DNA of 64,000 nucleotides from positions 9,567 to 73,566 of the forward strand of contig CAVUFH010000004.1 of the NCBI GenBank assembly GCA_963740835.1, in the 5' to 3' direction. Below are positions 19,099 to 29,796 of the stretch, one piece after another. The notes under the pieces were generated by a model. It ran no database searches, was not told the origin of the DNA, and saw only the letters and a program-made list of their open reading frames with translations. The DNA is from an uncultured Actinomycetes bacterium (GTDB lineage Bacteria > Actinomycetota > Acidimicrobiia > IMCC26256 > PALSA-610). How positions within the stretch are numbered: position 1 is the stretch's first letter; each line of letters starts with the position of its first letter. The position numbers were made by a program, and so were the translations under genes.

Positions 19099-21664
19099 CT
19101 ACGACTCGGTCGAGGAGACGCGCAGGGCCAACACGCAGATGTCGTCGGCCGATGGGGTGGACGCGAACGATCGGTCGACCAGGTTCGCGCAGAGGTCGGC
19201 GAGCGGTTCGCGGCGCGATGTGCGCGTGCGCGACGCGAGCCAGTCCAGCCCTTCGTCGATGAGACGCTCGCGCCGTTCGATCAGCCCGTCGGTGTACAGG
19301 ACGAGCAACGCGCCATCGGTGAGCGTGACTTGCGCGGACGCGAAGTTCTTGCCGAACGTGCCGAGCGGCGTCGCGTTCACGTCTTCGAGGAAGCGCGTGG
19401 TGCCGTCGGCTTCGCACAGGAGCGGCGGCGGGTGACCGGCGCGTGACCACGTGAGCACGCCGGTGTCGGGCTGATAGCACGCGACCACGGCGGTGACCAT
19501 GGAGTCGGGATCGAGCCGGCGGAGCATCTCGTGCGCGCGCTGTAGCAGGTTGGCCGGGTCGGCGTCGTCGACGGCGTAGGCGCGCAAGCCGTTGCGGACC
19601 CGTCCCATCAGGCTCGCGGCCTCGATGCCGTGGCCGGCGACATCGCCGACGACGAGGACGAGCGGGCAGCCGTCGACCGCGAACGCGTCGTACCAGTCGC
19701 CGCCGACCTCTACGGTGACGTCAGCCGGCCGGTAGACGGCAGCCAAGTCGCAGCCGGGCACCGTGGGCAGGCTCTCCGGGACGATTGACTCCTGCAGCAC
19801 CTCGACCATGTGGTGCTCGGCTGCGAGCTGGTACTGACTCAGCTGCCAGAGCTGCGCGCGTTCGAGTGCCGATGCGGCGCGGCGGCCGAGGTCGGTCGCG
19901 AGCTCGAGGTCAGCGTGGCCGAACGGGACCGGGTGGTCGTCGCCGATGAGCACGACGCCGCGCGTCCGGCCCGAAATGGTCAACGCGACAACGATGCCGG
20001 ACACGGGCCGCAGCTGCTCGAGGAGCGCAACGACCTCATCATCGCCTGCGTTCGGGTGTTCGGGAGGAACGAGCACCTCGTCGAGCGCGCCGAACGTCGC
20101 GCCGAGTCCGGAGTCGGCAGCCTTGAGGATCACCTCGCGTCCGCCCACACCGCGGTCGACGAGATCCTGCAGCGCGGGCTGCAACGAGCTCTCCGCGTGC
20201 GCGATCGCGGCCTCGCGCAGCGTCCCGTTCGGCTCGCGCGCGTGCACGATCGCGAAGCGTCCGATGCGCGTGGCCGCGAAGCGCGCGGTGGCGTGCAAGA
20301 CCGCTTCGGGGTCGTCGATAACGGCGAGCTGTTCGGAGAAGTCGAGCAACGTTCGCAGCCGCGCCCGGCTGCGCTGCTCGGCTTCGAGGAGCGACGCGCG
20401 CCCGAGCGCCTGTGCGCATGCTTCCACGACCGCGGCGACGTACCGGCGATCGTCGTCGCTGAACTCGCGCGGTTCGAGGAACCCGAAGGAGACCACCCCC
20501 GGTGTCTCCTCGAACGCGGCCACCGGCACGACCACGAACGAGCCGTGCACTTCCATTCCACCGTACTGCGGGAACCGCTGCACGCGATCCGCAGCCGACT
20601 CCACGAACACCGGTTTCCCGGTGCGGAGCACTTCGGTGGCGGGCAACGTGTCGTCGAGGGAGATGGCCATGAACGGGTCCATCACTCCCTGCGGGTAGCC
20701 CTCGAACGCGCGCGTGACGAGCATGTTGTTCGCGCTGTCGAGCGAACCGAACCATCCGTAGTCGCCGTCGAGTGCTTCCAAAGCCGTGGTGGACGATCGT
20801 CACCGCGACCTCGTCGACGGTCGCCGCGCCCGAGAGTGCAAGTGTCAGTTCGCTGAACTGGCGCAGCAAGCGGGTGGACCGCTCGGCCTGTTGCCGCGCT
20901 CCTCGTTCGCCGTCGAGCAACGCGGCGCGTTCGGCTTCGGCATGGTGACGGGTGTCGATGTTGATCGACACCCCGGTTGCGCCGGTGATGACACCGTTCG
21001 CATCGCGCACCGGTTCGCCGCGGCCTTCGAGCCAATGAAGAGAGCCGTCCTTCCAGACGATGCGGTGGTCGAAACGCCACGGCGTGCCATCGTCCATTCC
21101 CTTGCGCACCGAGGCGAGTGTGCGCTCGCGGTCGTCAGGGTGGAGGAGCGACGCGTACGTCTCGAATTGGCCATCGAAGGATCCAGGTGCGAGTCCGTAG
21201 AGCGCTTCGAGACGCGCGTCCCACACGACGCGTCCACTGTGGAGATCCCAATGCCACGTTCCCATTTCGCCCGCTTCCAGCGCGAGTGCGAGTCGTTGCG
21301 CGGTTCGCGCCGCACCGATCGTCCGGTCGAGTTCGGCTTCGCGACGCTCCCGCATGCCCGTGAGGAGTGTGGCGCCGATAGCCCCCACGACCACGATGAC
21401 GATGCGGACGATGTGATCGCTTTCCCCGAAGATGCCGTCGACGCTCCCGAGGACGATCGCCAGCACCACGGCGACGACGCCGAGTGCGGCGACGTCTCGC
21501 GTTCTCGCTCCGAAAGCGGCGACGAACGGTCCGAGGATCAGTGCACCGATGAGGGCCGTGTCCTGCGAGACCGTGTCGGCGACGACGACCAGCGCCGTCG
21601 CCAGCAGTCCTGCCGCAACCCACCACCACGACCGCGAAACGGCGCGAGGAGGGCCCGGCAGCAT
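19099..21664 (-). CDS. Membrane-anchored PAS-GAF-GAF-SpoIIE (PP2C) phosphatase; frameshift near 20781
   Basis: N-terminal TM helices, PAS (GTWHWDL, LHPDDRE, RIVWKDGSLHWLEGRG) in ORF 20039..21664 continuing into ORF 19099..20781 with GAFs and VGGDWYD, GDVAGHG, AGHPPP, YTDGLIE, DDICVL. Confidence 0.9.
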
Positions 21665-21748
21665 GCCTGCAGACTAGTTGTGGGGTCTCGATCGATCGTG
21701 TGCGCAGGAGTCCGGTTGAAGATCGCGCCATGTCGGTACGATTTGCGA

Positions 21749-22144
21749 GTGGCGTCGATCGACCTACCTCCGGAACGATCGGCTGCGGCGCAAGCCCGCC
21801 GGTTCGTGCGTGAGGTCTGCGCGAGCTGGGATCTCGTTCAAGAGGTGATCGACGACATCGAATTGCTCGTGTCGGAGCTCGTCACGAACGCCGTCCTGCA
21901 CGCGCGCTCGGCAGCCCGGCTGACGATCGAGCGGTTCGGCGATTGCATCCGGGTGACCGTGGCCGACAGCAGCGCGGCACCGCCGCGCTTGCGCGACTAC
22001 GGGCCCGAAGCCGCGACCGGCAGAGGTGTTCTGCTCGTCGACCGCCTCGCGCGCGGATGGGGCGTCGATCCCGCCGACGGCGCGGGGAAGCGGGTGTGGT
22101 TCGAGGTCGCGGTGGAGCCGGCGAGTGAAGGGTCCCGCGCGTGA
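21749..22144 (+). CDS. RsbW-like ATP-binding protein (HATPase_c, anti-sigma factor/kinase)
   Basis: ARRFVR, LLVSELVTNAVLHA, VTVAD, GRGVLLVDRLA..WGV, GKRVWF; GTG at 21749. Confidence 0.9.
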   Translation: MASIDLPPERSAAAQARRFVREVCASWDLVQEVIDDIELLVSELVTNAVLHARSAARLTIERFGDCIRVTVADSSAAPPRLRDYGPEAATGRGVLLVDRLARGWGVDPADGAGKRVWFEVAVEPASEGSRA

Positions 22145-22623
22145 GTGCGTCACAGACCCGACCGGCAACCGCCGACGTCGTGCTCGCCGGGTGCCCGATC
22201 GACCTGTTGGAACGATCGCGCCGGCACAACGAGTCGCTGATGCGCGAGTTCGCGTTCATCGCCGAGTCGGACCAGGAACGCGCAGAGCTGCCGGCGCGGT
22301 TGCTCGCGCTCGTCGACCAGGCCCGGGCCCGGCTCGCGGGGTTGAACGTGGCAGTCGAGGAGCAGCTCGCGGCCGCGCGTGCTCGCGGCGACGACGTCTG
22401 TGACCTCCGCGTCACGCTTCCGTCCAACGGACGCGCGCTCGCGGTCCAGCTCTCCAGCCTGTTCGAAGAAGCCGAGGAGTTCTGCCGCCGCGGCGACCTC
22501 CTCACGCTCGCCGAATCCGACGAGCCCCGCCGGTTCCGCGCCTGGTACCTCGACCAGTACGTGCGTCAGCTCGACGGCGAGGCGCCGACCGCCTGGCCGG
22601 CGGGGCGCGCCAGCCGCGTCTGA
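22141..22623 (+). CDS. Hypothetical helical protein coupled to the RsbW-like gene
   Basis: GTGA overlap with upstream gene; typical codon usage; no recognised catalytic motif. Confidence 0.7.
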   Translation: MSASQTRPATADVVLAGCPIDLLERSRRHNESLMREFAFIAESDQERAELPARLLALVDQARARLAGLNVAVEEQLAAARARGDDVCDLRVTLPSNGRALAVQLSSLFEEAEEFCRRGDLLTLAESDEPRRFRAWYLDQYVRQLDGEAPTAWPAGRASRV

Positions 22624-22660
22624 CCGGGCCGCGGCCGCGGGCTCCGGCGTTCGCGCGCCT

Positions 22661-23008
22661 TCACGGTTCTATCGTGAAGAGCTCGGCGACGCCCGCCACT
22701 TCGAGCACGCGGGTGACGCGTGACTGCGGGTGCCGCAGCACGAACCCCGATCCCTGGCTGTCGAAGCGCTTCTTCGCCTGGATCAGCAGGCTGATGCCGC
22801 TGGAGTCGAGGAAGTCGATGCCGGCCATGTCGAGCACGAGCGTGCGGGCGTCGCCTTGCGCGATCTCGAGGAGCGCGGCGCGCAGCCGGACAGCGGTGCC
22901 GTACTCCAGCTCGCCGCCGATCGTGACGACCGCGGCGCGGTCCTCGTGCTGGATCGAGAGTGACAGTTCGACCTCGGGCACGGATTCCACAGGCGCGGAG
23001 CGTAGCAA
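22661..23008 (-). CDS. STAS domain anti-sigma factor antagonist
   Basis: GGELEY, LVLDMAGIDFLDSSGISLL, RVLEVAG; start may be near 22982. Confidence 0.9.
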   Translation of the reverse strand: MLRSAPVESVPEVELSLSIQHEDRAAVVTIGGELEYGTAVRLRAALLEIAQGDARTLVLDMAGIDFLDSSGISLLIQAKKRFDSQGSGFVLRHPQSRVTRVLEVAGVAELFTIEP

Positions 23009-23034
23009 GCCACTCCGTGGGTAGCGTGCGCCGT

Positions 23035-25870
23035 ATGACGCTCGACTCGTACCGCGCGCGTTCGGATCTCGCGGTCGGCGACGACAAGTACGGTATCTTC
23101 CGCCTCGACGCCGCGGTCGACGACCCCGGTCGCCTCCCGTACTCGCTTCGCATCCTCCTCGAGAACCTGCTCCGGCGCGAGGACGGCGCCAACATCACGG
23201 CCGACGACATCGCCGCGCTCGCCGACCGGCAACGCGCCCGCGGCGAGGTTGGTGCGCGCGAGCTCGCGTTCATGCCCGCGCGCGTCCTCATGCAGGACTT
23301 CACCGGTGTCCCTGCGATCGTCGACCTCGCGGCGATGCGTGATGCGGTGGTGGGGCTCGGCGGCCGCGCCGATCGGGTCGAGCCAACGATCCCGGTCGAT
23401 CTGGTGATCGACCACTCGATCGTCGTCGACGTCGCCGGCATCGCCGATGCGTTCGCACGCAACGTCGCGCTGGAATACGGGCGCAACGAGGAGCGCTACA
23501 CGTTCTTGCGCTGGGCGCAGGACGCGTTCCGCACACTGCCGCGTGTTCCCGCCGAGCCAGGGCATCTGTCACCAGGTGAACCTGGAGTTCCTCGCCCAGG
23601 TCGTGTTCCGCGACGGCAACGGCGTGGCCTATCCCGACACGCTCGTCGGGACCGACTCGCACACGCCGATGGTGAACGGGCTCGGCGTCCTCGGCTGGGG
23701 AGTCGGCGGCATCGAGGCGGAGGCCGCGATGCTCGGACAGCCGCTCTCGTTGCTCCTGCCCGCGGTCGTCGGGATCGAGCTGCGGGGTGCCCTTCCCGAG
23801 GGCGCGACCGCCACCGACCTCGTGCTGACCGTCGCGCAGCTCCTGCGCAAGCACGGCGTCGTCGGCAAGTTCGTCGAATTCTACGGCGAGGGCGTGGGCC
23901 GGGTGCCGGTCGAGAACCGGGCGACCATCGGGAACATGTCGCCCGAGTACGGCTCCACGTGCACAATCTTTCCGGTCGACGACGAGACGCTGCGTTACTT
24001 GCGCGGCACGGGCCGACCCGCCGATCTCGTCGCGCTCGTCGAGGCCTACGCCAAGGAGCAGGGCCTCTGGCACGAGCCGTCGGTGCGGCCGGTGTACGAC
24101 GAGTCGCTCGTCCTCGATCTCTCGACCGTCGAGCCGTCGCTCGCAGGACCGTCGCGCCCGCAGGACCGCGTCGCGCTCTCGGCCGCCCGCGTCGAGTTCG
24201 AGCGGGCGCTGCTCGCGTTCCGCCAGGCATCCGGTGATGCGGAACCCGGCGATGTGTTCGCGGTGCGGCCTGGGACCGCCGACGACGCGTCGGCCGAGTC
24301 GTTCCCCGCGAGTGATCCGCCCGCGGCGTCCGAAGGCATGACCAGTGTGGGTGAACCCGACACGCAGGCGCCGCCCGGCTCGGGAACCCGGCCGGTCTCG
24401 ATCGAGCGTCGTCGCTGCCCGGTCACGCTCACCGATGGCACCGAGACGGAAGTCGCCGACGGACACGTCGTGATCGCCGCGATCACGTCCTGTACGAACA
24501 CGTCGAACCCGTCGGTGATGATCGGTGCGGGCTTGCTGGCGCGCAACGCGGTCGCGCGCGGACTCACGGTCCCGCCGTGGGTGAAGACGTCACTCGCGCC
24601 CGGGTCGTTGGTCGTCACCGACTACTACGAGCGCGCGGGCCTGCTCGATCCGCTCGCGCAGCTCGGGTTCCAGGTCGTCGGCTACGGCTGCACCACCTGC
24701 ATCGGGAACTCCGGGCCGCTCGACGCCGAGATCTCGCGCGTGGTGACCGAGAGCGATCTCTCGGTGTGCTCGGTGCTCTCCGGCAACCGCAACTTCGAAG
24801 GACGCATCCACCCGGACTGCCGGATGAACTACCTCGCGTCGCCGCCGCTCGTCGTCGCATACGCGCTCGCGGGCACGATGGACATCGATCTGCGCAACGA
24901 CCCGCTCGGGACCACTGCCGACGGGGATCCCGTGTTCCTTCGCGACATCTGGCCGACCTCGGAGGAGATCGCGCGCGTCGTGGGCGATGTCATCGAGACC
25001 GACATGTACACGCGCCGCTACGCGCAGGTGCTCGACGGCGACGATCGCTGGCGCGCGCTCCCTGCCCCGACGGGCGAGCGCTTTACCTGGGTCGACACGT
25101 CCACCTACATCCGCAAGCCGCCGTTCCTCGAAGGCGTCGGTACCGAGCCCGTGCCGCCGACCGACATCGAGGGCGCACGGGTGCTCGCGCTCCTCGGAGA
25201 CAGCGTCACGACGGATCACATCTCGCCCGCGGGTGTGATCCGGCGCGACGGGCCGGCCGCGCAGTGGTTGATAGACCAGGGTGTCGCGGTGTCGGAGTTC
25301 AACTCCTACGGCGCACGGCGCGGGAACCACGAGGTCATGGTGCGCGGCACCTTCGCGAACGTGCGACTGCGCAATCAGCTCGCGCCCGGCACCGAAGGCG
25401 GGTTCACCGTGCACCTGCCCGACGGCGAGCAGACGACGATCTACGACGCCTCGGTGCGCTACGCCGACGAAGGCGTGCCGCTGGTCGTGCTCGCGGGCAA
25501 GGAGTACGGATCCGGGAGCTCGCGCGACTGGGCCGCGAAGGGCTCGCAGCTGCTCGGCGTGCGGGCGGTCATCGCGGAATCGTTCGAACGCATCCACCGG
25601 TCGAACCTCGTCGGGATGGGTGTGCTCCCGCTCGAGTTCCGCGCGGGGGAGTCGGCGGGCACGCTCGGGTTGACCGGTCACGAGGTGTTCCGGTTCACCG
25701 GCGTCGCCGCGCTCGCCGAGGACGGTCCGCTCCCGCGCAGAGTGTGGGTGTCGGCGGGCGACCGCGAGTTCGAGACGATCGCGCGCATCGACACGCCGTT
25801 CGAGCGCGACGTGTTCCTCGCAGGCGGCATCTTGCCGTACACGTTGCGGCGGTTGGTGCGCGACGCCTAG
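23035..25870 (+). CDS. acnA: Aconitate hydratase A; frameshift near 23539
   Basis: [29 protein letters not shown] then [65 protein letters not shown]. Confidence 0.96.
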
Positions 25871-25923
25871 TTCGGCACCGCGTCTCGCGCGGTCGTTTGG
25901 CCACGCTGCGTGTCTGACGCGGG

Positions 25924-25950
25924 GTTTCATCGGCGTGAACGACGAGGTAA
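25924..25950 (+). promoter_or_regulatory. Putative SigF/SigB-type promoter
   Basis: GTTT-N17-AGGTAA (one mismatch to GTTT-N15-17-GGGTA), 9 nt before the STAS gene start. Confidence 0.45.
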
Positions 25951-25959
25951 ACAGGTGCC

Positions 25960-26358
25960 GTGACGCATCCAGCGGCCGAAGTCTCCGTGGACGACCATCT
26001 CGGCGTCCGCATCGCGCGGGTCGGCGGTGTGCTCGACGTGTTCTCCGCGGGTGTCGTCGGTGCTCGCATCCTCGAGGGCCTGCCCTCGGACGCGACCGAA
26101 CTGATCCTCGAGCTCGACCGCATCGAGTTCATGGACTCGGCCGGCGTGAGCGCGCTCGTGCGGTTGCGTGAGCACGCGCGCCTGCGGGAACTGAACGTGC
26201 ACGTGCAACTCGGTGCCGCGCCGCACGTGAACCCGACGGTCGTCTCCGTGCTGCGCCGCGTGTTCGTCGTCGACGACGTCGTCGACCTCTCGGCCGACGA
26301 CGACGAACCGGCCGGCGATCAGTCGGTCGACAGGTCGCCCGTCAGCTCCACCGGCTGA
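25960..26358 (+). CDS. STAS domain anti-sigma factor antagonist
   Basis: VGGVLDV, LILELDRIEFMDSAGVSALV. Confidence 0.87.
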   Translation: MTHPAAEVSVDDHLGVRIARVGGVLDVFSAGVVGARILEGLPSDATELILELDRIEFMDSAGVSALVRLREHARLRELNVHVQLGAAPHVNPTVVSVLRRVFVVDDVVDLSADDDEPAGDQSVDRSPVSSTG

Positions 26359-27413
26359 CCACCGTCCGCCGACCGGTACGCCGCTTCCACGAGTGCGTGG
26401 GCGCGCACCGCGTCAGCGAAGCCGGGTGACGCGGGCCGGCTGTGCCGTACCGCGCGCACGAATGCCCGGGCTGCGGGATACAGGTAGATCATGAAGTCGC
26501 GACGCGTGATGCCCGCGGCGTCGAAGTAGCGCTCGCGTAGTGCCGCCATGTCGAGACGCTGCGCCGCGCTGTCGGGCCGTTGGATCAGGAAGCCGTCCTC
26601 GGGCGCGCCGACGAGGAAGTCGGTGGTGAGCTCGACTGCGCCCTGTTCGAAGAAGACCTCGAGCCGGCGCTCCTCCCGACCGCGGACACCGTTGAAAATC
26701 GTGAGGATCGTGCCGACGACGCCCGACGCGTGCTCCACGGTGCACGCGGCCGCGTCCTCCACGTCATACCCGAACACGTTGCGCGTCCGCACGTAGACGC
26801 GGGTGGCGGGTCCGAACGTCCACGAGAGGATGTCGGCGCTGTGGATCGAATGCTCGAGCAGCGCGCCCCCGCCCGCGTCCGCGCGATCCGACCGCCACGA
26901 GCTGTGACCCGGGACGATGTCGCCGGTCGGCCAGTACTGATCGTCGCGGAGCACATAGCCCATCGGCCGGCCGAGCTCGTTGCTCTCGACCAGCGCGTGC
27001 AGCTCGTTGATCACGGGATGGAAGCGTGAGTGGAAACCCACCTCCGCGGTCGTGTCCGCCGCGGCGACCAGGTCGCACATCGCGCGTACCGTCGCGAAAT
27101 TCGTTGCGAGCGGCTTCTCGCACAGCAGTGGCTTGCCTGCCTCGAGCGTGGATCGCACGAGATCGAGGTGGGTCGTCGTCGGTGTCACGATTGCAACCGC
27201 CTGCACGTCGGGATCGTTGATCACCGCGTACGCGTCGGTGCCGATGCGTTCGAACGGGCAGATGCGCTGCGCGCTCTCGACCGCTTGGCGGGAGAGGTCG
27301 GCCGCAGCGACCGGCCGGATGTCGCCGTCTTCGGCCAGGAGGCGCAGCGCGTAGGCGTGGCCCTGGCCGATCATCCCGCAACCGATCTGCCCGATCCCGA
27401 TCGCCCCGCTCAT
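26319..27413 (-). CDS. Gfo/Idh/MocA family oxidoreductase
   Basis: IGCGMIG, TPTTTH, GKPLLCEKPLA, GFHSRF, GGGALLEHSIH; ATG 27413. Confidence 0.92.
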   Translation of the reverse strand: MSGAIGIGQIGCGMIGQGHAYALRLLAEDGDIRPVAAADLSRQAVESAQRICPFERIGTDAYAVINDPDVQAVAIVTPTTTHLDLVRSTLEAGKPLLCEKPLATNFATVRAMCDLVAAADTTAEVGFHSRFHPVINELHALVESNELGRPMGYVLRDDQYWPTGDIVPGHSSWRSDRADAGGGALLEHSIHSADILSWTFGPATRVYVRTRNVFGYDVEDAAACTVEHASGVVGTILTIFNGVRGREERRLEVFFEQGAVELTTDFLVGAPEDGFLIQRPDSAAQRLDMAALRERYFDAAGITRRDFMIYLYPAARAFVRAVRHSRPASPGFADAVRAHALVEAAYRSADGGQPVELTGDLSTD

Positions 27414-27516
27414 CGCCGGGCCAGCCTGCGCATCGGTTGGATCGTGACAGCTCACAGACGCGGCCGTCGACCTCGCACGAAGGGAGGCCCGCAACCCCGC
27501 ACGGGCTCCCAGCCGT

Positions 27517-28086
27517 TCAACCGGTGGGGGAGTCGAACAGGACCGACGCAACCGCGCGCGCCGCACGAAGCGGATCGTCGCCGAGCCGGTGCTGCAGGTT
27601 GCCGGAGAGCCAGAGCTCGGCGAAGCCGTGCGCGAACGACCAGCCCGCGAGACCGACGCGCATCGCATCGCGGTCGGGATACGCCGCACCCGCCGGACCG
27701 TAGAGCAGCTCGGTGGTCGCCGTGCGCGCGCTCCGCAGGTCTGGGTCATCGCGGTGATACAGGTCGGGGCGGAACATCACCGCGAAGTGCGCCGGGTTGC
27801 TGATCGCGAACTCGATGTACGCGAGGCCGACTTCGAGAAAGCCGCCGGCGCGAGTCGCACCACGCAGCGCGCTGCCGAGGCGCTCGTAGCCCTCGGTCGC
27901 GATGGCGGTGAGCAGGCCCGCCTTGTCGCCGAAGTGGTGGGCGGGCGCGGCGTGGGACACGCCGGCCCGACGGGCGAGGTCGCGCAGGCTGAACGCGACC
28001 GGACCCTGCGCCGCGATGGCCGCGAGGGCGGTGTCCAGGAGCTCGCGCCGAAGGTTGCCGTGGTGGTAGGGCCGGCTCGTCGCCAT
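27517..28086 (-). CDS. TetR family regulator (WHG-type)
   Basis: YHHGNLRRELL, SLRDLARRAGVSHAAPAHHF, WSFAHG. Confidence 0.93.
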   Translation of the reverse strand: MATSRPYHHGNLRRELLDTALAAIAAQGPVAFSLRDLARRAGVSHAAPAHHFGDKAGLLTAIATEGYERLGSALRGATRAGGFLEVGLAYIEFAISNPAHFAVMFRPDLYHRDDPDLRSARTATTELLYGPAGAAYPDRDAMRVGLAGWSFAHGFAELWLSGNLQHRLGDDPLRAARAVASVLFDSPTG

Positions 28087-28108
28087 GGTGCTCCTGATCT
28101 TCCGGCGC

Positions 28109-28164
28109 AATCTAGACATTGACAAGTTACCAGGGGACCGGCCTAACTTGTCATCATCAAGTTA
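28109..28164. promoter_or_regulatory. Two related palindromic operators between divergent tetR and target genes
   Basis: AATCTAGACATTGACAAGTT (28109-28128) and TAACTTG-N7-CAAGTTA (28144-28164); TGACAAGTTA/TAACTTGTCA also form a 10-bp inverted pair. Confidence 0.7.
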
Positions 28165-28194
28165 TGCGGGACCGATCGCTCGAGGAGGCGCACC

Positions 28195-28644
28195 ATGCCG
28201 ACCCTTCCCTGGACCCCCGCCGGCCGCGCTGCCGCGTTGGAGTCCCGACCCGATGCGGCGACCGCGTGCCCGCTCGTCCTCGGTTCCCGGCTCGAACTGG
28301 GTTCCTACCGGGACGTCCCGGGGTTCCTCCGCGCCGCACTCCGCATCCGCAAACAGGTACGCCGCGCACCGGGTGCGCTCGGCGTGTCGCTGATCGCCCA
28401 GCCCGCCCGGAAGACGTTCTGGACGCTCTCGGCGTGGACGGATCAGCGCGCGCTCGACGCGTTCGTCCGCACGCCGCCGCATCTCGACGTCATGCGGCAG
28501 TTCCGCGGACGTCTGGTCGATCCCCGGTTCACGACGTGGTCCGTCGCCGCCGCCGATCTGCCGAAGCCGCACAGCACCGCCCCGTCGTTGTGGCACGACG
28601 CCCGCGATCGCCTCGCGGCCACGCACCAAGGAGCAATCCGGTGA
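28195..28644 (+). CDS. DUF3291/ABM-like (dimeric alpha-beta barrel) protein
   Basis: FWTLSAWTD..ALDAFVRTPPHLDVM pattern; GGAGG RBS. Confidence 0.72.
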   Translation: MPTLPWTPAGRAAALESRPDAATACPLVLGSRLELGSYRDVPGFLRAALRIRKQVRRAPGALGVSLIAQPARKTFWTLSAWTDQRALDAFVRTPPHLDVMRQFRGRLVDPRFTTWSVAAADLPKPHSTAPSLWHDARDRLAATHQGAIR

Positions 28645-28982
28645 CCGAAATCTCTCGCGAAGGCATCTCGCTCGAAGGTTGGGATATCGCCCGCGGTGCC
28701 GACACGGAGTGGACACCGTGGGGGAGCGACGGCAACGCGAGGGCCAAGGTGCTCGCGAGCGCGAACGGCTTCATGCTGGTGCTCGTCGAGGCCGGCGCCG
28801 GCTACCGCGGCACGCCGCACACGCACGCGTTCCCGGAGTTCCAATACGTGCTCGACGGAGAGTTGCGCAACCAGGGGCAGCCCATGGTGCCGGGCGACGC
28901 CTATGCGGCCGCAGAAGGTTCGACCCACACCGATTTCGAGACCGAATCCGGGGCGACCTATCTCCTCGTGTTCAAGATCTGA
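28641..28982 (+). CDS. Cupin domain protein (ChrR-like)
   Basis: PHTHAFPEFQYVLDG, H.DF cupin motifs; AAGGAG RBS, GTGA overlap. Confidence 0.82.
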   Translation: MTEISREGISLEGWDIARGADTEWTPWGSDGNARAKVLASANGFMLVLVEAGAGYRGTPHTHAFPEFQYVLDGELRNQGQPMVPGDAYAAAEGSTHTDFETESGATYLLVFKI

Positions 28983-29166
28983 CAGTTCGGACCGCAACAC
29001 ACGAGGGCTCCGCGCAAAATCTTGCCAACACTTCGCCAAGAACGGGCATCTGACCGTCAAGAAGTGATGGGGACGGTCGATTCGGGGATACCGCTCGTGA
29101 GACGTTGGCCCCGCTGTCGCGTATAGCTATGGGGCCGACGATCGGGCGTCACGAGGAGGTGCCCCG

Positions 29167-29613
29167 ATGGACGACCAGTACTCACTGCGAGACGTCGCGC
29201 AACCGCGTTGCGACGATGTCGTCGTTGCCGCCGCGGCGTTCGGTCCGAACGCGGCCGGGCGCCGGGAGCTCAGCTCGATCCGGGGTATGTCGGAGCGGCA
29301 GATGCTCAAGAGCCGCGCATCGTTCCTCGCGGACCGTGTGCTGCTCGCGGTGACGCCGCTCGAAGTGATCGCGATAGCGCTCGGGCCGCTCAGCTCCCGG
29401 TTCCGCGAAGTGCTCCGCTGGAAGCGCGACTCGATCGTGATCCGCAGTATCGAGTCGCACGCACGCGTCGCCAACAGCCTCCGCCCCGCGTTCCTGATCG
29501 GCAGCCCCTGGGGTCCGCGCCTCGAGCTCGCACCGCTCGCGCAAGACGACAACACGCGCCGTGTGCTCACCTTGCTCTTCGACATCGGTCGCCCGCACAC
29601 CGTCAGCTATTGA
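29167..29613 (+). CDS. Hypothetical protein
   Basis: GAGGAGG RBS before ATG; plausible beta-rich ORF. Confidence 0.55.
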   Translation: MDDQYSLRDVAQPRCDDVVVAAAAFGPNAAGRRELSSIRGMSERQMLKSRASFLADRVLLAVTPLEVIAIALGPLSSRFREVLRWKRDSIVIRSIESHARVANSLRPAFLIGSPWGPRLELAPLAQDDNTRRVLTLLFDIGRPHTVSY

Positions 29614-29796
29614 CGCACCGCCGCGCGTCGCTCGCGCGCCTGGAAGAAACGTGCAGGTCGTCGCGAAGTCGTCCCTTGACGAGACCGCACAGCGGGTGGA
29701 GGCTCCGCGCGCGCGATATCGGATGCAAAGAGGCGCGCGGGAACGACACATCACGTGTGCGACCCGGGGAGCACCCCGGAGCGGGGAGTCAGCGAC

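Noticed and set aside
23521-23545. Programmed frameshift or pseudogenisation of acnA (and encapsulin, melA)
   Set aside because: No slippery heptamer; similar single indels occur throughout the window, so sequencing error is more parsimonious.
24230-24420. Low-complexity insertion in aconitase ([14 protein letters not shown]...)
   Set aside because: An ESFPASD-containing linker is a normal feature of actinobacterial AcnA and has no similarity to the 73-bp element.
27481-27510. Hairpin GGGAGGCCCG...CGGGCTCCC as another copy of the repeat family
   Set aside because: Shares only GGCTCCC; position just after the tetR stop fits an ordinary terminator-like stem.
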